NCBI GenBank assembly: GCA_019639095.1
Contig: JAHBSN010000001.1
Location: forward strand, 1 to 46,479
From: Actinomycetota bacterium
Lineage (GTDB): Bacteria > Actinomycetota > Acidimicrobiia > Acidimicrobiales > Iamiaceae
DNA: 46,479 nt
Direction of reading: 5' to 3'
The translations under genes and the position numbers were made by a program. A model generated the notes under the pieces. That model saw only the letters and a program-made list of their open reading frames with translations, did not search any database and had not been told where the DNA came from. Of this stretch, positions 40,105-46,479 are shown one piece after another (the first letter of the stretch is position 1; the number at the start of each line of letters is the position of its first letter).

Positions 40105-40677
40105 TCAGCCGCGGTAGCCGGCCAGGATGCGGTCGGTGATCTCGTCGATCATCGCCTCCTCGAGCTCGGGAGGGAGCCCGAAGCCGAGCTGGAGCACCGA
40201 GGCCACGCCGTGGGCGCCGCTCCAGAGCGTGAGGGCCACGAGCAGCGGGTCGTCGGACACGATCGCGCCCGACGCGATGGCCTCGTCGATGGCGCCCGAC
40301 GCGGCGGCGAACGCCTCGGTGGTGGCCGGGAGGGCGGCGCCGTCGGGCAGGGGGGCCACCCCCAGGTCCGGCGGGGCCAGGAGCAGCACCTGGAACAGCT
40401 CGGGGTTGTCGCGGGCGTAGCGCACGTAGGCCCGGCTCTGGGCTCGGATCCGGTCCAGCGGATCCGGCTCGTCGATCGCGGCGAACTGGGCCGCCAGCGC
40501 CGCCACCTCCCCCTCGGCCACGGCGCGCAGGAGCGCGGCCTTCGAGTCGACGTGGAAGTAGAGGGCGGGGGCCGACACGCCGAGGCGGCGCCCGAGTCGT
40601 CGCAGCGACAGGGACTCGAGGCCACCGGACACGATCATCTCGCGCGCCTCGGCCACGATGCGCTCGGCGTCGAGCAT
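40105..40677 (-). CDS. TetR-family regulator with a WHG-type C-terminal domain
   Basis: GLESLSLRRLGRRLGVSAPALYFHVDSK HTH, then YVRYARDNPELF and LWSGAHG. Confidence 0.93.
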   Translation of the reverse strand: MLDAERIVAEAREMIVSGGLESLSLRRLGRRLGVSAPALYFHVDSKAALLRAVAEGEVAALAAQFAAIDEPDPLDRIRAQSRAYVRYARDNPELFQVLLLAPPDLGVAPLPDGAALPATTEAFAAASGAIDEAIASGAIVSDDPLLVALTLWSGAHGVASVLQLGFGLPPELEEAMIDEITDRILAGYRG

Positions 40678-41516
40678 CACCAATCCGTGGTGGGGTTCGG
40701 CGGGAACAGCCGGTCACGCTCCTGGGCCAGCCGGTCGCAGTCCCAGCTCGGGTCGACGCGCTGCCAGATCACCGGGTTGCGGTCGGGGTCGTCCACCTGC
40801 ACCCACTGCGCGGGCGTGAGGAACGCCGGGTCGCTGGCGCCGAGGATCAGCTGCTCGGACCGATCGGTGATCGTGCCCTCGAGGCGATCCGGGTCCACCT
40901 GCACCAGGTCGTAGGCGAAGATCTCGCGCCGGGCGAGGTAGATCTCGCCGGTGAAGTCGTCGGTGACCCGCACGGTGGAGGTGACGCCGGGGTGGCCGTC
41001 GCCGTCGGCGTCGACGATGCGAGGGTCGTTCGGGTCGGTGGGCAGGGACTCGTTCGCCGGGTCCTCCAGGTCGATGCCGATGGGGGTGGGCGTGGCCGGG
41101 CGGCTGAGGTGCAGCGCGCCGTCGACCTCGGTGACCTCCACGGGGGTGGCCACCGGTCGGATCGCCTGCGTGGCGGCATCGGAGATCGACACGTCCACAT
41201 CCTGGTCCACCACGGTGTCGGCGTGGCAGAAGGTCATCTGGTTCCACAGCTCGCCGTCTCGCACCTCGAGGTCGGAGAAGCCGGTGCTGATGATGAGCGT
41301 GCGCATGGCGTCGTCCTCGTAGGCCACCACGTCGAAGTGGGCGAAGCGGCCGACGAGGTCCTCGGCGCCGGCCGGGAGGGCGGGGGCCGCGGTGGAGGTG
41401 GTGCGCGCCGAGTCGTCGCCGGCGGGCTCGGCGGCGTCGCCGTCGGAGCCGCACGCCGCGAGCAGCACGGCCAGGGGCACGACGGCGAGGAGGGCCCGCC
41501 GGCCGGCGCGCCTCAC
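40677..41516 (-). CDS. Uncharacterised lipoprotein
   Basis: GTG 41516 with a GTGA overlap, lipobox LLAAC, beta-rich acidic body with a DADGDG Ca-binding-like loop and two further Cys. Confidence 0.8.
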   Translation of the reverse strand: MRRAGRRALLAVVPLAVLLAACGSDGDAAEPAGDDSARTTSTAAPALPAGAEDLVGRFAHFDVVAYEDDAMRTLIISTGFSDLEVRDGELWNQMTFCHADTVVDQDVDVSISDAATQAIRPVATPVEVTEVDGALHLSRPATPTPIGIDLEDPANESLPTDPNDPRIVDADGDGHPGVTSTVRVTDDFTGEIYLARREIFAYDLVQVDPDRLEGTITDRSEQLILGASDPAFLTPAQWVQVDDPDRNPVIWQRVDPSWDCDRLAQERDRLFPPNPTTDW

Positions 41517-42727
41517 GCCTCCTCCACGAAGCCGTCGAGGGCGTCGGACACGGCGGTGCCGGGTGGGAGCCGGTCGACGCCGATGGCGAGATCGACCGCC
41601 CGGTGGAAGTGGTGGATCAGCCGCTCGTGCCACCCGAGCTGGAACGGGCGGGCCCCGGGGGAGGAGATCGAAGCCTGGATCGGCGCCATGTTGGCCTGGT
41701 CCTGGGCCATCACCGTGTCGAACAGCTCCATCCGGTCGAGGTGCTCCTGGGGCACGCCCTCGCCCGACCACGCCGGCGCGTACCAGCGCAGCTCGAGGTC
41801 GGTGGTGGTGGCGCTCGTGGGCCACATGCACAGGAACGTGAAGGCGCCGGTGTCCATGGGGACGACCAGGTTCGGGAAGATGCCGAACGAGGTGGACGTC
41901 TGGCGCCACAGCGTGGGCACCGCCGGGTTGTCGAGCTCCTCGGAGACCATCGGGAAGTCGCGGAACACGTCGTGCTTCTCGACGGTGAGGCGGCTGTGCC
42001 CCTTCGGGAGCATCGACACCGTGGTGGCGTGGTCGTTGTAGAGCAGCGCCGCGTTGTCGGGGTGCACGGTGCGCACGTGGTACACCTCGAGGAAGGCGTC
42101 CACCATCAGCTTCCAGTTGCAGGCGATCGGGTGCACCTGGGTGCCCACCGCCCGCATGACCGGGCCGTCGATCTCGGCCATCTGGTCGGCCACCGGGCCG
42201 AGGAAGCTCAGCAGCGGCTCGGCCTCGAGGTGCTCGTTCACGAACACCCAGCCGTCCCACGTCTCGCAGCGCACCGGCACCAGGCCCAGCTCGTCGCGGT
42301 CGATGCCGGCGAAGCTGCGCTCCTCTGGCACCGCCTTGAGCTCGCCGTCGGTGCCGTAGGACCACGAGTGGTACTGGCAGGTGAGGCGCCGGGCCGTGCC
42401 GCACTCGTCCCGCGTCACGGGAGCGCCGCGGTGTCGACAGGCGTTGTAGAACGCGCGCAGCACGCCGTCGTCGCCGCGCACCACCACGATGGGCGCCCCC
42501 GATCTCGTCATCAGGCGATAGGACCCCGGCTCGGGCCACTCCGACTCGTGGCCCACGAACAGCCAGGTGCGGGCGAAGACCCGCTCGCGCTCGAGGTCGT
42601 GGAACGCCGGGTCGGTGTAGCGGGTGGTGGGCACCAGCGGCACCGGCACGGCATCGGGCGGTGGCGCCGTGCGCGCCTTCTCGGTCTCGATCCGATCTCG
42701 GATCCGCAGCTCCAGCGTGGCGTCCAT
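41513..42727 (-). CDS. Rieske non-heme iron oxygenase alpha subunit
   Basis: NACRHRG...CQYHSWSY (Rieske), CNWK...EVYHVRTVH and AQD (mononuclear iron). ATG 42727. Confidence 0.93.
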   Translation of the reverse strand: MDATLELRIRDRIETEKARTAPPPDAVPVPLVPTTRYTDPAFHDLERERVFARTWLFVGHESEWPEPGSYRLMTRSGAPIVVVRGDDGVLRAFYNACRHRGAPVTRDECGTARRLTCQYHSWSYGTDGELKAVPEERSFAGIDRDELGLVPVRCETWDGWVFVNEHLEAEPLLSFLGPVADQMAEIDGPVMRAVGTQVHPIACNWKLMVDAFLEVYHVRTVHPDNAALLYNDHATTVSMLPKGHSRLTVEKHDVFRDFPMVSEELDNPAVPTLWRQTSTSFGIFPNLVVPMDTGAFTFLCMWPTSATTTDLELRWYAPAWSGEGVPQEHLDRMELFDTVMAQDQANMAPIQASISSPGARPFQLGWHERLIHHFHRAVDLAIGVDRLPPGTAVSDALDGFVEEA

Positions 42728-42759
42728 GTGGTCCCCTGCCCGATCGACGTCGTGTTGCT

Positions 42760-42804
42760 CGAACACTGTAAAGCACGACGCGCTACGCTGCTGAACACTG
42801 TTCA
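42760..42804. promoter_or_regulatory. Two TetR-type operators in the divergent promoter region
   Basis: TGAACACTGTTCA (perfect 6-1-6, 42792-42804) and CGAACACTGTAAA (42760-42772), 32 bp apart. They cover or adjoin the -10 boxes TACGCT (+, 42784-42789) and TACAGT (-, 42770-42765). Confidence 0.72.
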
Positions 42805-42830
42805 CCACCGTGTGCCACAAGGGGGACCAC

Positions 42831-44540
42831 ATGCCCGTTCCGGCGTCGCTCACCAGTTCGCCCCACCGGGACTTCGAGCTCGAGGTCGTGTCCGGTGCCT
42901 GGCCGGCCGACATCGGCGGCGAGGTCCTGTTCTCGAGCCCCCAGCACCTCGGCACGCTGCCCTACGCGATCTTCGACTGGGGGGCCATCTGCCGCCTGTC
43001 GCTGGAGCCGGGCGGGCGGGGTGCGGCGCCGGGGCGCTTCGCCTGGCAGTCCCGGTCCATCCAGTCCCCCGGCAAGCGGCTCTTCGACCGCCACCCCGAG
43101 CAGTTCGGCGGCAGCCCGATCGGCTACCAGTCGCCGTTCGGGGCGGCCAACGCGTCGAACACCGCCCCGCTTCCCTGGGGCGACCGCCTCTACGTCACCT
43201 GGGACGCCGGCCGCCCGGTGGAACTGCACCCCGAGACCCTCGAGTTCGTGGCCGAGGTGGGCCACGTCGACACCTGGGGCGGCAGCTCGATGCCCATGGG
43301 CGGCGTGCTGCCGTTCCTCATGTCCACGGCCCACCCCGTGGTGGACCCGGAGCGCCACTGCCTCTGGACGGTGAAGCTCGAGCCGGTGATGGAGCCCTCG
43401 TTCGGCATGCGACCCTCGCTCGTGCGCTACGACCGCCACGACGGGACGGCGGTGCAGCACTGGCCGCTCGACGGCATCACGTTCTCGGGCTCCATCCACA
43501 CCGTGAGCCAGAGCCGCGACTGGGTGATCCTGTGCGACTCGGGCAACTTCAAGGCGGACCCGGGCGAGATGTTCGGCGGGGAGCGCACGCTCACGATCGA
43601 CGCCGAGGTGCCGGTCTGGCTGATCCGCAAGGAGCAGGTGGAAGGCCTCCCCAGCGGCACGCCGGTCACGCCCACCTGCTTCACGATGGCCCCGCCCACC
43701 GGCCACTACTACGCCCGTTGGGACGACACCGACGGCGTGTCGGTGGTGTGGGAGGGCATGGACCTCATGGACCTGGCCCTCTACCTGCGGCCCGGCGACC
43801 GCGACGTCAACGGCAACCCGATCGACCCCGGCGTGGTCGGCCTCTACAACATGGCCATGGCGCCGGAGACGATCACCGAGGTGGTGTTCCACCCCGAGCG
43901 CGGCACCATCGGCCACGTCGGCACCTTCCGGGAGGACTGGGCGTTCAACCTCCAGCTCTCGGCCATGGACTGGAGCACCGAGGGGCTCACCGCCCCCACG
44001 CTCCACCACGTGACCTACCAGGGCTGCCGGCCCGGCAACATCAGCCAGCGCGCCGCCCAGCTCTACGCCGACCGCATCGACCTGAGCCTGCTGCGCGAGG
44101 AGACCCCGGGCGCGCTGTGCTCGTTCGAGCGGCCGAGCATGGAGCTGAAGGGGCGCTGGGAGTACCCCGACCTGGGCGACCACATCACCTCGCCGGCCTT
44201 CGCCCCGCGGGGCGCGGCGCCAGGCCGCTACGCCGGGGGCGAGCCGGGCGGCCACGACGGCTACGTGGTCCAGCCGGTCTGCAACGACGACGGCTTCCGG
44301 GTGGAGCTGTTCGACGCCGCACGCGTCTCGGCCGGACCGATCGCCACCCTGGCGGGCGCCAACCGGGAGACCATCCCGCTGGTGCTCCACTCGGCGTGGA
44401 TGCCGGCGTTCCACGAGCTGACCGACGCCGAGCGCCTGCGGTTCTCCGCCGAGGTCACCCCCGAGGCACTGGCCTCGGTGCCCGAGGAGCTGCACGCCGC
44501 CGTGCACGAGGTCGCCCGCGAGTGCGACGAGCTGTGGTGA
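42831..44540 (+). CDS. Carotenoid cleavage oxygenase / RPE65-family enzyme (divergent)
   Basis: NASNTA...DRLYVTWDAGRPVELHPETLE. Four candidate iron-binding His in TAHP, SIHT, TGHY and LHSAW. C-terminal PAFAPR...DGYVV. Confidence 0.8.
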   Translation: MPVPASLTSSPHRDFELEVVSGAWPADIGGEVLFSSPQHLGTLPYAIFDWGAICRLSLEPGGRGAAPGRFAWQSRSIQSPGKRLFDRHPEQFGGSPIGYQSPFGAANASNTAPLPWGDRLYVTWDAGRPVELHPETLEFVAEVGHVDTWGGSSMPMGGVLPFLMSTAHPVVDPERHCLWTVKLEPVMEPSFGMRPSLVRYDRHDGTAVQHWPLDGITFSGSIHTVSQSRDWVILCDSGNFKADPGEMFGGERTLTIDAEVPVWLIRKEQVEGLPSGTPVTPTCFTMAPPTGHYYARWDDTDGVSVVWEGMDLMDLALYLRPGDRDVNGNPIDPGVVGLYNMAMAPETITEVVFHPERGTIGHVGTFREDWAFNLQLSAMDWSTEGLTAPTLHHVTYQGCRPGNISQRAAQLYADRIDLSLLREETPGALCSFERPSMELKGRWEYPDLGDHITSPAFAPRGAAPGRYAGGEPGGHDGYVVQPVCNDDGFRVELFDAARVSAGPIATLAGANRETIPLVLHSAWMPAFHELTDAERLRFSAEVTPEALASVPEELHAAVHEVARECDELW

Positions 44541-45877
44541 GCGGACCGGCGGGCCTCCTCGTCGCCGGCGGGTCGGTCATCGCCGGCACCGGCGAGGCCC
44601 GCACCGGGCCGACCGATGTGCTCGTGCAGGGTGACGAGATCACCGCGATCGGCCCCGACGCCGCGTTGCGGGCCGACGCCGCCGGACCGGGCATCGAGCG
44701 GATCGACGCCACCGGTCTCACCGTGATGCCCGGCCTGATCGACGCCCACTGCCACATCACCTTCGGCGAGCCGGCGAGCAACGACGAGCTGTTCTTCCAC
44801 CGAGACCAGTCCACCGCGGCGATGGTGGCCGCGTTCAACGTGCCCAAGCTGCTGCTGGCCGGCGTCACCGGGTTCCTCGACGCCGACTGCCTGTGGAACC
44901 TGGGCCCGGCGCTGCGCGAGGCGATCGAGGCCGGCATCGTCGAGGGCCCGCGCATGGCGGCGGGCATGAACGCGCTGCTCACCGCGGCGGGCGGCACCGC
45001 CGGCCGCCTCATCCCCGATTCGGGCCGGGCCGGCTACGCGCACGTGGTTGGCGACCGCGACGAGATGGTGCGCACCACCCGCCAGCAGGTGAAGCACGGG
45101 GCGGACTGGGTGAAGATCCACGTCACCGGGTCGCTCCCGAACCACCGCGGCGAGCTCACCGTGTGGACCCTGGACGAGCTGCGGGCCGTGGCCGACACCG
45201 CCCACGAGCTCGACACGCCCACCGTGGCCCACTGCCGCAACGCCACCTCCACCCGGCTGGCGGCCGAGGCCGGCGTCGACCTGATCCTGCACGCCAGCTT
45301 CCTCGACGACGCCGCCCTGGCCGCCGTGGTGGAGGCCGGGTGCGCGGTGGCCCCCACGTTCACCTTCCTCGCCAACCTGGCCGACCACGGCCACAAGGTG
45401 GGGGCGGCGAGCACGCAGGTCGACCTCTTCCGCGGCGAGATCGAGGCCACCGCCACCAAGCTCGCCGAGGCCCACCGCGCCGGGGTGCCGATCCTGGCCG
45501 GCTCCGAGAGCGGCTTCGCCCTCACGCCCTACGGCCACTGGCACGCCCGCGAGCTCGAGGTGCTGGTGGAGGCGATAGGGCTCACCCCGCTCGAGGCGAT
45601 CCGGTGCGCCACCGCGAACGGGGCGCTCGCGCTGCGGCGCGAGCCCGGCACGATCGGCGTGGTGGCGCCGGGAGCGGCGGCCGACCTGCTCGTGGTCGAC
45701 GGCGACCCGTCGGTGGACGTGCGGGTCCTCGGCGACCGGACCAACCTCCGCCACGTGATCTCCCGGGGCCGGGCGGTCGACCTGGCCCGGCCCTGGCCCG
45801 AGCGGCGCCCGCTCCCGGGCGAGAAGGTGGGCGTGTGGGCCGCCGAGCCCCTCACCCAGGAGGCCGCCCGCCGGTGA
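44537..45877 (+). CDS. Metal-dependent amidohydrolase
   Basis: MPGLIDAHCH, WVKIH, VAHC, ILHA, LAGSESG and ADLLVVDGDP. GTGA overlap. Confidence 0.9.
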   Translation: MSGPAGLLVAGGSVIAGTGEARTGPTDVLVQGDEITAIGPDAALRADAAGPGIERIDATGLTVMPGLIDAHCHITFGEPASNDELFFHRDQSTAAMVAAFNVPKLLLAGVTGFLDADCLWNLGPALREAIEAGIVEGPRMAAGMNALLTAAGGTAGRLIPDSGRAGYAHVVGDRDEMVRTTRQQVKHGADWVKIHVTGSLPNHRGELTVWTLDELRAVADTAHELDTPTVAHCRNATSTRLAAEAGVDLILHASFLDDAALAAVVEAGCAVAPTFTFLANLADHGHKVGAASTQVDLFRGEIEATATKLAEAHRAGVPILAGSESGFALTPYGHWHARELEVLVEAIGLTPLEAIRCATANGALALRREPGTIGVVAPGAAADLLVVDGDPSVDVRVLGDRTNLRHVISRGRAVDLARPWPERRPLPGEKVGVWAAEPLTQEAARR

Positions 45878-46479
45878 GCGGCACCGTCGTGGTCACGGGT
45901 GGCGGGTCCGGGATCGGCGAGGCCATCGCCCGGGCGGCCCACGCCGATGGCTGGACCGTGGGCGTGCTCGACCGAGACGCCGAGGCGGCCGCCCGCGTCG
46001 CGAGCTCGCTGGGCAGCCGAGCCGTGGCGCTGGCGGCCGACACCGCGTCGGAGGCCGAGGTCGAGGCGGCGCTCGACCAGCTGGCCGCCGCCACCGGCGA
46101 GGCGGCGCCGCACGGCGTGGTGGCCAACGCCGGGATCGTCCGGTTCGGGCCGCTCGCCGAGCTTCCCGTGGACGACTGGCGGCGCGTGGTCGACGTGAAC
46201 CTGACGGGCACGTTCGTGGCCCTGCGGGCGGCGGCGCGCCGGATGCTCGCCGCCGGCACGGCGGGGTCGCTCGTGGCCGTCACCTCGATGAACGGCGTGG
46301 TCCCGGGCCCGGGCGCCGGCGCCTACGGCGCCACCAAGGCCGGCATCGCCCTGCTCGTGCAGCAGATGGCCGTGGAGTGGGGGCCGAGCGGGATCCGGGC
46401 CAACGCCGTGGCGCCGGGGCTGGTGGACGGCGGCATGTCGGGCCCGATCTACGCCGACGCCGAGGTGCGCCGGCTCCGC
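45874..46479 (+). CDS. SDR-family oxidoreductase, 3' end beyond the window edge
   Basis: Not in the ORF track. GTG 45874 gives VVTGGGSGIG, VANAGI, VNLTG, TS, YGATK and NAVAPG. Confidence 0.92.
   Translation, partial: MSGTVVVTGGGSGIGEAIARAAHADGWTVGVLDRDAEAAARVASSLGSRAVALAADTASEAEVEAALDQLAAATGEAAPHGVVANAGIVRFGPLAELPVDDWRRVVDVNLTGTFVALRAAARRMLAAGTAGSLVAVTSMNGVVPGPGAGAYGATKAGIALLVQQMAVEWGPSGIRANAVAPGLVDGGMSGPIYADAEVRRLR

Noticed and set aside
36944-40717. Long antisense ORFs (36944-40717, 13205-16366, 35085-36935 and similar) as overlapping genes
   Set aside because: They are mirror frames of genuine genes, caused by GC3 bias and stop-codon scarcity, with no recognisable motifs.
41603-45877. 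Giant ORF-track proteins such as 41603-45877, 25972-29538, 33250-36813, 763-2805, 19458-21551 and 40677-42776 as real fusions
   Set aside because: Their N-terminal parts are Arg/Pro/Gly-rich off-frame or antisense read-through typical of high-GC DNA. Only the C-terminal parts match real families and have their own starts.

Overview
Very GC-rich actinobacterial DNA, with gene content and style suggesting Acidimicrobiia (inference). It holds about 36 protein-coding genes, one probable 6C small RNA and a family of short intergenic hairpin repeats. I found no rRNA, tRNA, CRISPR array, integrase or transposase. Left to right: a secreted GH73 glucosaminidase (runs off the left edge), an acyl-CoA dehydrogenase, a Phd/VapC toxin-antitoxin pair, a 6C RNA, an MBL hydrolase, an msrA-msrB fusion, sufC-sufS-sufU, lon, arsC, and a three-gene ABC system whose two ATPase domains are fused to a complete MFS transporter. 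Next come sufD-Rieske ferredoxin-second sufC-pterin dehydratase, a 4-Cys hypothetical protein, coaA, a MOSC protein and sufB. These are followed by an LLM/AKR/Gfo-Idh-MocA/class III aminotransferase/mmsA catabolic neighbourhood, an AT3-SGNH acyltransferase, a heterodimeric ABC exporter, DUF2752, a degenerate membrane-anchored Rad50/YhaN-like protein, and a TetR-linked divergent cluster (Rieske oxygenase, lipoprotein // carotenoid-oxygenase-family enzyme, amidohydrolase, SDR). Best candidates for something undescribed: (1) the MFS-LivF-LivG hybrid transporter, whose 5' leader is perfectly complementary over 16 nt to the 6C RNA loop; (2) a SUF system split into three units with two sufC paralogues, a shared 26-bp operator on only two units and a CTG-initiated sufD; (3) the carotenoid-oxygenase/Rieske/amidohydrolase cluster; (4) the apparently ATPase-dead Rad50-like protein. 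Frameshifts in msrAB, sufC, sufS and lon (5.3-10.1 kb) look like sequencing or assembly errors. All family assignments come from motif recognition by eye; no searches were run.
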